The notes under the pieces: generated by a model
The model's database searches: none
Told to the model about the DNA's origin: nothing
The model's input: only the letters and a program-made list of their open reading frames with translations
Made by a program: the position numbers and the translations under genes
Source of the DNA: Promethearchaeota archaeon
Lineage (GTDB): Archaea > Asgardarchaeota > Lokiarchaeia > Sigyniarchaeales > SOKP01
Assembly (NCBI GenBank): GCA_048938855.1
Contig: JBHLLT010000011.1
Coordinates: forward strand, 32,001 to 96,000
Length of the DNA: 64,000 nucleotides
Direction: 5' to 3'
Part shown: positions 47,000-58,070 of the stretch, piece after piece
How the letters are laid out: each line of letters begins with the position of its first letter
How positions within the stretch are numbered: position 1 is the first letter of the stretch

Positions 47000-49489
47000 T
47001 TGGGTGTATTTCCTGAAAACCCATGTGAGTTTGCTGTAGAATTTATAAGGAGGATGAGAAATCATCCTGATATAGTCCAAATGCCATCTCCACGGCAAGT
47101 ATTATCAATACCAAACTTGATTATCTCAAGATATTATCGTAAAGGAGCAATTACGCCAAATGACTTTATTGAGATAAGCACTGTTACCTCCTTTCCTGAT
47201 AATCAAAATTTAGCAAAAGATATTGCATTTGAGATTCTCTTTCCAAATTATAAAAAAAACATTGTAAAAGCGCTATTTAATGAGGATGAGGTTGATGAAT
47301 TAGAAAATGAATTTAAGAATTCAAAAATCAAATCAGAATTAGATCAATTACAGGATCTAATTGACGAGATTGAATTATCAAAAACTATGGATACAGATTT
47401 GTTTCAAGAAATGGAGCAATTCTTAGAAGATTTGAATCAAAAAAGACATGAAGAACCGTATAAGTCAGCACTTAATTTCTTTAATGACGATTCAGATTTA
47501 TATAAAGAACAAATAACTTCATTTGAGAAATTATTTGAAGAAGCAACAAAAAGAATGCTTCAGAAAATAAATTCCCTTGATCCTAAAGATCTAAAAGCAG
47601 GTATTAACTTAGGGTTAGAAAATTTGATTCAAAATCAATCATTGAGGGAATGGGAAAAAATTACAAGTAAAGCACTTAAAAATCAAAATATTGAACAGGA
47701 TTTAAATAAATTGCTAAAAACAGGGAGTTTAGAAGATTTACTTCAGTCTATGAAATTTCTAAAGGATACTGATGCCATTTCTAAAGAAAAATATAAAACA
47801 TTGAAAATGGAACTTCAAAATAAGATTGAAAATTTAGATCAATTATTTCAGTCTGCAAAACACTTAAGAGAAACACCAAATTTCAACTCGGATAAAATTT
47901 TAAACAACAGCATGGAAAAATCATCATTTGAACATAATTTTAGCCTGGCAAATTCACTTGATCAATATTTTGGTACTGATCTAAGAAGTTCGCTATTAGA
48001 AAAATATGACCAGCAATTCAAAAACTCCCAAATGAACCTTTCACTTGAAACTTTAACAAAAACAGCATTTGCAAACAAATCATGGAACTCATTATTCAAT
48101 AAAGCTCTTAATAATGCAATTAATGATGCATTAAACCAAAATAAAAAATTTGAAGCTTTAAAAACTCTGACTCATCAATTACAACAGCTTGCAAATAGCT
48201 CACCAAATATGCATTGTAACCAAAAAATGGCACAGAATCTACCAAAACTTACTTCTTTAACTTTAGAATCTTGTGAAACACCATACCAATTAAAAGATGC
48301 AACAGAATTCTTAAGGAAGATTGGATTAAACCCAAAATCAGAATTAATTGAGAAAATGGGGAAAAAACTTCAAATGGCTGAGGATGAAATTTTTGAATTA
48401 ATTGAGCCTACATACCAGTTGTTGAAAAAATTAATTGAAAAAAATAAAGCTAATTTTCAGAGATTAAGTAATTTAATGAATCAAATCAAAGATCAATTAA
48501 ATTTTGAGAGGATAAAAGAATTAACTGCCAGTGCTTTAGCTTCAGATAATAGAGATGCCTTAGGTGCTCTTGGTAATTTTAATTTAAGTGATGCATTAAG
48601 AAGTGCTCAACAAATTGGAGGTCAGGAGGGTGAAAATAAAATGATATCTTGTCTATCAGCAGGTAGTGGAGAAAATCTACTTAAACAATGGTTTATGCAT
48701 CGAAAAAATTTACAGGAAACAACTAAACAAAAAGTAAAAGAACTTGCCAAAAAAATGTTGATTGAATTAGGTATTTACTACTCAAGAGCGCATCTAGGTA
48801 GTTCCACTACTGGACCAATTCCAATTAACATTGTCAGACCGTATTCAATAGGAGATGATTTTGAAAATATTGATCTTGAGGAGACAATAAATAATATCTT
48901 AGAAAAAGGTAAAGAATTGGATCATATAAAGTATGATGACTTTTTTGTTTTTGAAACTGCTAAAGGGTTAAGAACCGCTTGCTTTGAGCTTGATATCTCT
49001 GGAAGTATGACAGGAGACAAACTTACCTATATGAGTATTTGTATAACAATGCTATGCTATGGAATGCGTAAAGATGAGTTTGGTATCTCGTTCTTCGAAT
49101 CAAATACTCATGTTTTGAAAGCATTAAACGAAAAACTCGATTTAGAAAAATTAGCAGATGAACTTCTTTCTGTTTCAGCTCGAGGGGGAACTAGAATACA
49201 AAGTGCTGTTGAGTGGGCAAATAAACAATTTAAAGACTATTCTAATTCCCGGGAAAAATTAAATGTTCTATTTACTGATGCAGAGATATTTGATCTTAAA
49301 GAAGCAATCACAGAATTAAGAAAAATGAGGTCTTTAGGAGTCGATTTCATATTAGTTTGCCCTGAAACTTCATTTAATTTAAAAGACGCTAAAAAAATGG
49401 TAAAAGTTGCAGGTGGTCAATTGCTTACAATAAAAGATTGGAATGATTTTCCCAAATTAATATCAGAAATAATAAAATCAAGATTTTAA
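47000..49489 (+). CDS. VWA domain protein (MoxR partner)
   Basis: C-terminal MIDAS DISGSM, GGT, FTDAE; adjacent to MoxR. Confidence 0.85.
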   Translation: MGVFPENPCEFAVEFIRRMRNHPDIVQMPSPRQVLSIPNLIISRYYRKGAITPNDFIEISTVTSFPDNQNLAKDIAFEILFPNYKKNIVKALFNEDEVDELENEFKNSKIKSELDQLQDLIDEIELSKTMDTDLFQEMEQFLEDLNQKRHEEPYKSALNFFNDDSDLYKEQITSFEKLFEEATKRMLQKINSLDPKDLKAGINLGLENLIQNQSLREWEKITSKALKNQNIEQDLNKLLKTGSLEDLLQSMKFLKDTDAISKEKYKTLKMELQNKIENLDQLFQSAKHLRETPNFNSDKILNNSMEKSSFEHNFSLANSLDQYFGTDLRSSLLEKYDQQFKNSQMNLSLETLTKTAFANKSWNSLFNKALNNAINDALNQNKKFEALKTLTHQLQQLANSSPNMHCNQKMAQNLPKLTSLTLESCETPYQLKDATEFLRKIGLNPKSELIEKMGKKLQMAEDEIFELIEPTYQLLKKLIEKNKANFQRLSNLMNQIKDQLNFERIKELTASALASDNRDALGALGNFNLSDALRSAQQIGGQEGENKMISCLSAGSGENLLKQWFMHRKNLQETTKQKVKELAKKMLIELGIYYSRAHLGSSTTGPIPINIVRPYSIGDDFENIDLEETINNILEKGKELDHIKYDDFFVFETAKGLRTACFELDISGSMTGDKLTYMSICITMLCYGMRKDEFGISFFESNTHVLKALNEKLDLEKLADELLSVSARGGTRIQSAVEWANKQFKDYSNSREKLNVLFTDAEIFDLKEAITELRKMRSLGVDFILVCPETSFNLKDAKKMVKVAGGQLLTIKDWNDFPKLISEIIKSRF

Positions 49490-49494
49490 AAATA

Positions 49495-51849
49495 ATGGTA
49501 AATAATTCAATTTCAAGTCTCATAATTGATAAATTTGGCTTAAATTTATATCAAAAATCTCTCAAATTTCTTTCTAATAAAATTAATTTAATTGATATTG
49601 AAGAAGATCCAATACTAATAAGGAGTCTTATTTTAGATAATGAAAGAGAGTTCCATCTCATAATAGATGAAAAGAATTATGAGATTTTTCATGATTGTCC
49701 ATCATTTCTAATTCATTCTGAAAAAAACAAAAAAATCTGTGTTCATTTAGTAAAATTATTATCAATAATTAAAAGTAGTCTTACTCAAAGGATTTTAGAG
49801 AATTTTAAGAGTTATATTTTAACCTCTGAAGATTTAGGTTCGCAAAAAAAAAGTAAAAGCTTTTTATTACTTGCGAATAGATGTTTTCAAAGTGATAATT
49901 GCGTAGAAGCATTAAATTATTTGAATAAAGCAATTTTTAATCAATTTGAAACTGAAAATATAATTGAAACCTATTTGATCACCGCAATTGACAATAATTT
50001 ATTTATAGAATTTTTTGAGTTTCTTCAAAATGGATATGAAAATGATTTAGGCCAATACTTTCAGGAATTTGATGATTATATTGAAAGAGGGTTTAAGAAA
50101 TTCTTAAACACCATCTCTAAGTACTCGTTTTTTAATCTTATTAAAATTATTGAATCTATAAATAAAATATTAGAGTTTAAAGAAATTTCGTTTTTAGTTT
50201 CTCACTTTAATAAATTAAAAGCATTGATAAGTAGTACAAATTTAAATAATCAATACTTTTCTTACTACTTAATAAAAAAGTACTATTTTGAATTAATTGA
50301 GCTTAATCCGTTATTTAAAGAATTAATTTCTGAAGATTTCGTAAAATCTCTAAAGAACACTCTATTAAACTATTTTTTTTCTGAAATTAATAATTTTTGC
50401 ATATTTGAAAAATTAAAATTATTGAAAAAACAATTTGGAGTTATAAGTATTCCGAGAGAAGAATATTATGATGAATATAAGAAGTACAAAGTTGAAATAA
50501 AGGAACTAGAAAAAAAAGTCTACTTGAAAAAATTTGCTTTTTTAAAGTTGTTAATGGAAAAACATAATATTAAAAGAGCTAAAGGAGATTTTAAAAAAAA
50601 AAGAAACACATACATTGTAAATCATGATGAAAGCAATTTAAAAAATCCAGTATATCATTATATAGTCTCCCGAATTGGCTTTTTTGGATTAAAAGATCAA
50701 ACAATAAAATCTTCTGAAATTGGAATCAATTATTTTATAATGAAAGAACTATTTTTAGATGATCTTAGTAGTTTTCAAGACGTTTATTACTACAGACAAC
50801 AATTCTGGGGAGAAAGTGATGATTATGAAATAAAACCTATTGAAGGCATATCAATTTTAAGTAAAAAAGCAGATTATGGCTATAATCCTATTCATAAAGA
50901 TTCAGAAGATGTAATGGTTATTGAATGGGACTTAGCAAATAAGCCTATTCAAGGTAATCTTGTAAATGCATATGGTTCACAAATAATTATCCCGGATTAT
51001 AATAATCCACTATTTCATGACTTAAAACCATTTGATCTATGTTACTGTAAAAAAACACCTATTAAAATTGAAAGTAATATTATTAAAACTATTAACGTAA
51101 TCACAAAATGCTCATTTAAAGATGCTATCAAAAGTATTGCTAAAGGCATGGAATTCATAGAAGGATTTTACCCACTATCCCTTATTAAAGCAGTATTAAA
51201 TAAAGACATTAATCCTTTTCAAGCAAATGAAAAAGTGGTTAAAAGTTCTGATGCGTTATTTGTTCCAAACTATAATCTCTTTGTTAAAGCATTTAAGAAA
51301 TTCTTACTTAACTACATTTTTAAAGAAAAAGAATACATTTTTGGACAATTGAAAAAAGATATTGATATTAGTACAAATCAAATTTTAACTTTATTAAACT
51401 TAAATAATGAATTAGCTGGATTGGATTTACCTTATACTCAAATATTAAAAAGATGTCTTAATCCCAATGTCAATTTAAACGAATTTAAATTAAATTTTTT
51501 AAATGAAATCCATTCTATTGTCAAAAAATTATTAAATTCTCCTACACTGGGAAGTACACTTATATTCGACTTGAAAAAATTGCAAAATACCCCGTTTTTC
51601 AAATATTCTAATAAAATTATTGGGATTAGGAAAGATGAGTTTGAATCTACTAAAATATTCAGATTACAAAAAAATGATAAGTATTCTTATGACTTATCTG
51701 AAATCAGCAAAACATATTATGGTAAAAAGATTTTTGAAATTCTTCAGTATAATGAAAATTTAATTATTAAACCTGATAAATTTAAGACATTTCGCGATTA
51801 TAGCTCTAAATTAAATCTGAAAATAACGATTATTGTTAAAGATATTTAA
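49495..51849 (+). CDS. SWIM zinc-finger domain protein
   Basis: HDCPSF...KKICVHL near the N-terminus. Confidence 0.6.
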   Translation: MVNNSISSLIIDKFGLNLYQKSLKFLSNKINLIDIEEDPILIRSLILDNEREFHLIIDEKNYEIFHDCPSFLIHSEKNKKICVHLVKLLSIIKSSLTQRILENFKSYILTSEDLGSQKKSKSFLLLANRCFQSDNCVEALNYLNKAIFNQFETENIIETYLITAIDNNLFIEFFEFLQNGYENDLGQYFQEFDDYIERGFKKFLNTISKYSFFNLIKIIESINKILEFKEISFLVSHFNKLKALISSTNLNNQYFSYYLIKKYYFELIELNPLFKELISEDFVKSLKNTLLNYFFSEINNFCIFEKLKLLKKQFGVISIPREEYYDEYKKYKVEIKELEKKVYLKKFAFLKLLMEKHNIKRAKGDFKKKRNTYIVNHDESNLKNPVYHYIVSRIGFFGLKDQTIKSSEIGINYFIMKELFLDDLSSFQDVYYYRQQFWGESDDYEIKPIEGISILSKKADYGYNPIHKDSEDVMVIEWDLANKPIQGNLVNAYGSQIIIPDYNNPLFHDLKPFDLCYCKKTPIKIESNIIKTINVITKCSFKDAIKSIAKGMEFIEGFYPLSLIKAVLNKDINPFQANEKVVKSSDALFVPNYNLFVKAFKKFLLNYIFKEKEYIFGQLKKDIDISTNQILTLLNLNNELAGLDLPYTQILKRCLNPNVNLNEFKLNFLNEIHSIVKKLLNSPTLGSTLIFDLKKLQNTPFFKYSNKIIGIRKDEFESTKIFRLQKNDKYSYDLSEISKTYYGKKIFEILQYNENLIIKPDKFKTFRDYSSKLNLKITIIVKDI

Positions 51850-51966
51850 TATTTTAACTTACAAATTAGAGATTAGTAAATATTTGTATCATCATTTTTT
51901 TTATTAATGCATAAATTTTATTTACATAGAATCTGAAAGTTTAATTGATAATCAGAAAAACAATAT

Positions 51967-53253
51967 ATGAATATGGTAAAAAATAATTTTCAACACCCTT
52001 CAAAGGACATCACTGAAACTAAGGGTACTATTCTTAGAGGAAAAACAATATGCATGTGTTTAACGGGGTCCGTGGCGGTAATTTCCTCTCCTATTGTAGC
52101 TCGTGAGCTTATGAGAATAGGAGCTGAAGTTATATGTGTTATGTCAAAAGCAGCAACAGAATTGATTAACCCAGCTCTAATGGAGTGGGCAACAGGAAAT
52201 AAAGTCATCACAAAACTAACAGGAGCAGTTGAGCATGTTTATTTAGCAGGTGATAGACCAAAAAGTGTAGGAAAAGCCGATCTAATTCTAATATGTCCTG
52301 CAACAGCGAATACAATATCAAAAATAGCCTGTGGTGTTGACGATACGCCTGTAACAACCGTGGCATCAACAGCATTCGGCTCATCTCTCCCAATTGTAAT
52401 CGTACCTGCTATGCATGAGAGTATGTATAAGCATCCTATTTTAGAAAAAAATGAGAGACAATTACGTGAATGCGGAGTAGAAATTTTAGGACCAAGGATC
52501 TCAGAAGGTAAAGCTAAAATAGCTAAAATTGATGATATTATTGATAGAGTCATAGATTTATTGGTTACAAAGAAAGATTTAGAAGGTAAGAAAATTCTTA
52601 TTAGTGCCGGTCCCACTAGAGAAGCCATAGATTCTGTTAGGTTTGTCTCTAATAAGTCATCAGGAAGAATGGGGATTGAATTAGCTAAAGAGGCTTCCGC
52701 TAGAGGAGCTGATGTAACATTAATTGCAGGTGAATGCTTGGTAAAATTACCAAACTATCTGAAAATAAAACATGTGGTTTCAATAGATGATTTCATAAGC
52801 GCTGTTAAAGAAGAAATTTCATTAAATAATTATGATTTTTTTATTTCCGCTGCCGCCGTGAGTGATTATAAACCCATTGAATGTATTGAGGGGAAAATTT
52901 CTTCTGATAATGTTGAACAACTACAGGTTAATATGAAGTTAACACCAAAAATAATAGATGTAGCAAGGAAAAAAGATTATAACTTATTTATTGTAGCTTT
53001 CAAAGCAGAGACAAATGTATCAAAAAGTGAATTAATAGAGCGAGCGTATAACAGACTCCTTAAATCTGAAGTGGATTTAATTGTTGCAAATGATATTGGA
53101 AGAGAGGACATAGGTTTTAGTAGTAAATATAATGAGGTATTTATAATAGATAAAAATAAACGTATTACACATGTTGAGAGAAATACTAAACGATACATCG
53201 CATCGAAAATAATTGATGCAGTTATTGAAGCTTACCAAAAAAGATCTTCATAG
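51967..53253 (+). CDS. coaBC: phosphopantothenoylcysteine decarboxylase/ligase
   Basis: TGSVA, PATANTI.K, PAMH, GPTRE.ID.VRF.SN.SSG.MG, AAVSDY. Confidence 0.96.
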   Translation: MNMVKNNFQHPSKDITETKGTILRGKTICMCLTGSVAVISSPIVARELMRIGAEVICVMSKAATELINPALMEWATGNKVITKLTGAVEHVYLAGDRPKSVGKADLILICPATANTISKIACGVDDTPVTTVASTAFGSSLPIVIVPAMHESMYKHPILEKNERQLRECGVEILGPRISEGKAKIAKIDDIIDRVIDLLVTKKDLEGKKILISAGPTREAIDSVRFVSNKSSGRMGIELAKEASARGADVTLIAGECLVKLPNYLKIKHVVSIDDFISAVKEEISLNNYDFFISAAAVSDYKPIECIEGKISSDNVEQLQVNMKLTPKIIDVARKKDYNLFIVAFKAETNVSKSELIERAYNRLLKSEVDLIVANDIGREDIGFSSKYNEVFIIDKNKRITHVERNTKRYIASKIIDAVIEAYQKRSS

Positions 53254-53494
53254 AATAATGAATTATTGACTCTAGTTATGGATAATCTGATTTTACTCTC
53301 TTTTTTTCATGAAAATAAATCCAAATATTTAAATATTAATTTATTTACTGTAAACAGTGAATAAAATTATAAATCTCGAGCAGATATTTGAAAGCTTTAG
53401 AATTTAGATATATATCTAATATCTTATAGTTTTTTTAATTAGGTTGCTAATAGATTTATATATATTTAAAAATTTTTGTAATAAGGTTAATTGA

Positions 53495-56400
53495 ATAATA
53501 CATCATACGAGTGCGTCTAAAATTACATCAAAAGAAGAAGGTAAAATTAAGCAAGGAACAATAGCAGAGTATATGCGTAAGCGGACTCAACTAGTTGGTT
53601 TTGAATTTGGGTATTGGAAACATGTTCAATATTGTGCAGAATTTATTGATAATGCCTTGGACGCTATTGAGAGTTTTCAATGGAGAGAATTGAAAAAATC
53701 AGATTCCAAAATTAAATTTTCTTTAGATCAAGAATTATTCTTAGAAAAATTCTCTATAATTGACACTGTAAAAGAAGAAAAAAAATCTCAACATCTGAAT
53801 AATGAGGCTAAACACACATTAATGCAAGAATTAGGTATTGAATCTGAAGATCAAGAACAAATTGAAATTCAAGAAGTAGAAGAAAAAGAAGAAGAATCTG
53901 AAAAAATTGCTAATCAAGAAGAATTAGAAGTAGAAGAAGAAGTTCAGAGAATAATTGATGATATGCAGGGAATCATTAAACCTGTAGAAAATATAATTGA
54001 TGTAGAACCAATAGTGGCAGTTCGTATTAGAGAATTTGAAGCACCATCATTTTTAACTTCTGAAATTAGTCAGAAAAATATCATGAGTTATACGTTTGAG
54101 ATTTTTGATAATGGAACAGGAATGTCTAAAATTGATCTAAGAAAATTTGGTAGATATCTTGCTTCATCTAAGTCCATGGAATTAAAACAGACAAGAGGTA
54201 GTCAAGGATTTGGTGCTCCAAGTGCATTTAGTGATGCTCAAAATACAACTGGAAAACCTGTTGTCACAGTATCGAAATCCCCTGATACTATTTATGCAAC
54301 CGTAGCAGAATTTTTTACTACTTCCAAAAATGAAAAAAAGTATTTAATTCATCCTACTGATATTGACAGTTTTTTTCTTCATGGAACCTATATTAAATTA
54401 AATTATTTAAATGTAAAATATGTCAAAGGCTATGTAGAGAAATACATTGAAGAAACCGCATTTATGAATCCCCATGTTACTATCATTTATATTGATCCAG
54501 ATGGGAAAGAAAAAATTTATCGAAGATTAGCAACAGCTTTCCCAGATGAGCCTAAATATGCTAAACCTCATCCTTCCTCAGTTAATATTGGAGATCTTCA
54601 AGATCTTATTTCAAAATCTGAGAATAAATCAATTTCTGCTTTTTTACAAGATAATTTTGTAAGGATGAGTTCAAGAACAGCAAAAGAAATCGTAGATATT
54701 GCTGAAAGAGATTTGCAAGATCAATTAAAATTACTTATACTAAAAGATGGGTTTACTAATCTAATTCAAAAGAAGACTGATGAAATAAACTATATGACTT
54801 ATGAAAAACGAGTTTACGGACGATCTGATAAACCCAGAGATAAGTTAATAATTTATCGAGTTGAATCTGAAGAGTTAAAAGAGGAGTATTGGAAAGAAAT
54901 TTCTGAGTATAATAAGTTAATTAAAGAATCTGAAAAGATAAACAAAGAAATAAGAAAATTAAATGACCGTATTGAAAAAACTGAAACTCAAAAAGAAATT
55001 AAAAACATTGAGAAAGAAATTCGGAAGTTGATAAATAATATAGATGAAATAATAAATCAAAAAGATAAAATTAAAACAAATTTAAATACACTATTTACTG
55101 CTTCAAAAGAACAATTAATCGAATTAAAAAAGTTGAAAAATAGAACAGAATCCGAAGATCTCATAAATAAGGTTCTTATTTCTAAAGTCAAACCTATTGA
55201 ACTAACAAAAGAACAATTTAATTCTTTATTCCTCGCTTTTAAATCTATTAAGTATATGGCTCCTCCTACAGACACAGCAATTCCAGTGGGTGAATCAACT
55301 TTAGAAAATACTTTAATTAAAGAAATTGGGTTAAGAATCTCAGAAAATGTTGATGATTTTGCCGGACCTATTGAAAATATTACACAAATATCTGAATTAA
55401 TTCATAAAGAAAAGCAAAAGACAATTCAAGAAGAAGGAGTAAAAACTGATAGTAATTTAATCTCAAGTATTTCAATTGATCCACAGGAAATCATAGATTT
55501 AAACTCAGAAATATTGGGAACTATTGATATTATTGATGAAGTATCAGATCACCAGCAATTAAAAACAACGATTAATGATCTTATTTCATATTCTGATATT
55601 GAATCTATTGATTCTTACAATAGTGTATTTGAATATTTTATCGAGAATTTTACTAAAGACGATGATTTTGTCGCAGGAGAAACAAGAGCACCTACAAGTG
55701 GAAAAGGCTTAGCGTACGTTGTAGAAGCTGTAATGGCTTATTCGAGAAATTTAGAAGTTCCGAAGAGGTCTAGGGATGTTTTATCAAGATTTGTAAATAG
55801 AACTCCAAAATTAAGAGATAGTGCCGATTGCGCTATTACTAAAGCAGTTCAATCAGTTAATTGGAAAAATTACAATCTTGATACTTATGATAATAGCTTA
55901 CCAAAGGGCCCAATAAAACTATTAGTTAATGTTTCAGGCCCTTTTGTCCATTTAATGTTTAAATCTCAATCAAAAAATGCATTAGCTGATGATGAAGAAT
56001 TAATCAAAGAGATTAAATATTGTCTTGAAGCTATAGGACGAAGATTGAGGATATATCTCAATAGAAAAGCAAGTCTTAGAAAAATTGAAAAAAGAGCTAA
56101 TTTAATAGAAAAATATATACCACTGTTTGTTAGTAGCCTATTTAATATCGCATCTCAAGGAGAGAGTGTATATAAATCTAAACTTAACAAAAAGGAATTG
56201 GAAGATTTAATGAGAAATGCAATTGGTAAAAAAACTCCTCCTGTAACCAAACCTGAAGAAGTTCCGAAAGTTAAAGAAGTGGTACTCGAGAAAAAAGAAA
56301 TATTAGAGGAACCTAAAGATTTACAACCAGTAGTTAAGAAAGTAGAACCCAAAAAAGAAATATTTACAGAAAAAACTCTTAAGAATTGGACTAAAAGTGA

Positions 56401-56875
56401 ATTAGTGGAATATTGTAAAGAAAATAGTATTAGTTTATTATCCAAAGATACAAAAACAATGATAATAAATAAAATTTTAGATTCATATAAAAAACCTCCT
56501 GAAATAAAACCAGAATTGATCAAACCTCCAGAACCAATTAAAATAACTCCTGAGCCTATACCTGTAAAACAAACTCAGCTACCAATATCTAAAGTACAGG
56601 CACCAAGTAAAATACCTCCCAAAAAAGCACCTTATAAACCTAAGCCAACATCAGTAAAACAAACACAAACTACACTACCAATTATTACAACTGAAAAAGT
56701 GCTAAAAGTATTATCAGATAAATGGCAAACCATTAGCCATCTCATTTTAAAGTTAAAAATTAAAGATATGATGGATGCAAGATACCTTCAACATCAACTT
56801 AAGAAATTAGAACGTGAAGATAAGGTTCTTGTTGAATCAAAAATGGGTAAAAGACAATGGAAATTAAAAAATTAA
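53495..56875 (+). CDS. top6B: DNA topoisomerase VI subunit B (expanded)
   Basis: EFIDNALDA, DNGTG, QTRGSQGFG, PHP, RFVNR.P; frame is open back to 53495 and covers the IAEY N-terminal motif; start uncertain (first ATG 53573). Confidence 0.9.
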   Translation: MIHHTSASKITSKEEGKIKQGTIAEYMRKRTQLVGFEFGYWKHVQYCAEFIDNALDAIESFQWRELKKSDSKIKFSLDQELFLEKFSIIDTVKEEKKSQHLNNEAKHTLMQELGIESEDQEQIEIQEVEEKEEESEKIANQEELEVEEEVQRIIDDMQGIIKPVENIIDVEPIVAVRIREFEAPSFLTSEISQKNIMSYTFEIFDNGTGMSKIDLRKFGRYLASSKSMELKQTRGSQGFGAPSAFSDAQNTTGKPVVTVSKSPDTIYATVAEFFTTSKNEKKYLIHPTDIDSFFLHGTYIKLNYLNVKYVKGYVEKYIEETAFMNPHVTIIYIDPDGKEKIYRRLATAFPDEPKYAKPHPSSVNIGDLQDLISKSENKSISAFLQDNFVRMSSRTAKEIVDIAERDLQDQLKLLILKDGFTNLIQKKTDEINYMTYEKRVYGRSDKPRDKLIIYRVESEELKEEYWKEISEYNKLIKESEKINKEIRKLNDRIEKTETQKEIKNIEKEIRKLINNIDEIINQKDKIKTNLNTLFTASKEQLIELKKLKNRTESEDLINKVLISKVKPIELTKEQFNSLFLAFKSIKYMAPPTDTAIPVGESTLENTLIKEIGLRISENVDDFAGPIENITQISELIHKEKQKTIQEEGVKTDSNLISSISIDPQEIIDLNSEILGTIDIIDEVSDHQQLKTTINDLISYSDIESIDSYNSVFEYFIENFTKDDDFVAGETRAPTSGKGLAYVVEAVMAYSRNLEVPKRSRDVLSRFVNRTPKLRDSADCAITKAVQSVNWKNYNLDTYDNSLPKGPIKLLVNVSGPFVHLMFKSQSKNALADDEELIKEIKYCLEAIGRRLRIYLNRKASLRKIEKRANLIEKYIPLFVSSLFNIASQGESVYKSKLNKKELEDLMRNAIGKKTPPVTKPEEVPKVKEVVLEKKEILEEPKDLQPVVKKVEPKKEIFTEKTLKNWTKSELVEYCKENSISLLSKDTKTMIINKILDSYKKPPEIKPELIKPPEPIKITPEPIPVKQTQLPISKVQAPSKIPPKKAPYKPKPTSVKQTQTTLPIITTEKVLKVLSDKWQTISHLILKLKIKDMMDARYLQHQLKKLEREDKVLVESKMGKRQWKLKN

Positions 56876-56888
56876 ATAGGTAAAAAAA

Positions 56889-58070
56889 ATGGAAGAAAAA
56901 CAAAATAATTATGACTTAGAAGCTACAAAAGAGCTGCTAAAAGAATATTTAGATAAAGAAACGGAAAAAAAAGGAGTACAACTTCCTGAAAACACAGTAA
57001 AAGTTGATGATCTAAATAGAAAGGATACTATAAGCCGATTATATAAATTAATAGATGATATTATTGCAAAAATTTACAGTACAGGAAGACCATCAATAGA
57101 ATTGCCATCCAGAACTAGTGCTAATATCATATGGGATGAAGAAAATGACTTACTATTACTAGGCAAACAAATTATGGAGAAACAATTTCATTCACTCACA
57201 AGCGTACAAGATATTACAAGATTAGTAAAAGTTTTAGAAATTATCCATGAGTTATTAATAAAAAATAGACATAGCACCAAGAGAAAGGTCTACTACATGG
57301 ATGTCAATTTATTTAAAGATCAAAAGAATAGTGATAAAAGTATAGAAGATGCAGCAACTATGCTTTATACAACTCGAAATGCAACTCATATCGTAGCTAA
57401 TCCTAGAGGTTCTTGTGTGGGAAGATTACGTATTAGAGATAATAGAGATGTTATTGATCTTGAAGGCTTGGGAAGTGGCGCGTGGCAAATATCTCCAATG
57501 TTAGATGAAATAGAAATTATCGAATCAGATGCTGAATTTATATTAGTTATTGAAAAAATGGCTGCAATGATGGATTTAACTGAAGTTCGCTTTTGGCGCC
57601 AATACCCTTGCATATTAATAACAGCACAAGGTGTGGGTAATGTAGCAACTCGTATGTTCTTAAAGCGATTAACCAAAGAATTAAAATTACCTGCATTTAC
57701 ATTGGTTGATAGCGATCCTTATGGTCATTATATTCATTCAGTATATTTAAGAGGATCAAAACGCTTAAGTTATGAAACACCTTTTTTAGCTACTCCAGAT
57801 ATTAAACTTCTTGGAGTGTTAACAAGAGATTTAGATACATATCAACTTCCTAAAGAAGTTAGACTTGACATGACAAAAGAAGATTTAAAAAGAGCTAATG
57901 ATATGGTAAAAGAGGATTTCGTAAAAAAGAATAAGAAATGGGAAGAAGATATAAGATTAGCTATTAAATATAAAATTAAAGCAGAAATTCAAGCTTTCTC
58001 TTCAAAGGGTATTGAATTTTTAACAGATAAATATTTACCAGAAAAATTGACAACTGGTGATTGGATATGA
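56889..58070 (+). CDS. top6A: DNA topoisomerase VI subunit A
   Basis: TKR.VYY catalytic Tyr; TOPRIM IEK.A and DSDPYG; KAEIQ. Confidence 0.93.
   Translation: MEEKQNNYDLEATKELLKEYLDKETEKKGVQLPENTVKVDDLNRKDTISRLYKLIDDIIAKIYSTGRPSIELPSRTSANIIWDEENDLLLLGKQIMEKQFHSLTSVQDITRLVKVLEIIHELLIKNRHSTKRKVYYMDVNLFKDQKNSDKSIEDAATMLYTTRNATHIVANPRGSCVGRLRIRDNRDVIDLEGLGSGAWQISPMLDEIEIIESDAEFILVIEKMAAMMDLTEVRFWRQYPCILITAQGVGNVATRMFLKRLTKELKLPAFTLVDSDPYGHYIHSVYLRGSKRLSYETPFLATPDIKLLGVLTRDLDTYQLPKEVRLDMTKEDLKRANDMVKEDFVKKNKKWEEDIRLAIKYKIKAEIQAFSSKGIEFLTDKYLPEKLTTGDWI

Noticed and set aside
53253-53294. Possible second box C/D RNA (ATAATGA...CTGA)
   Set aside because: Box C is imperfect, the spacing is short and no target is recognisable.
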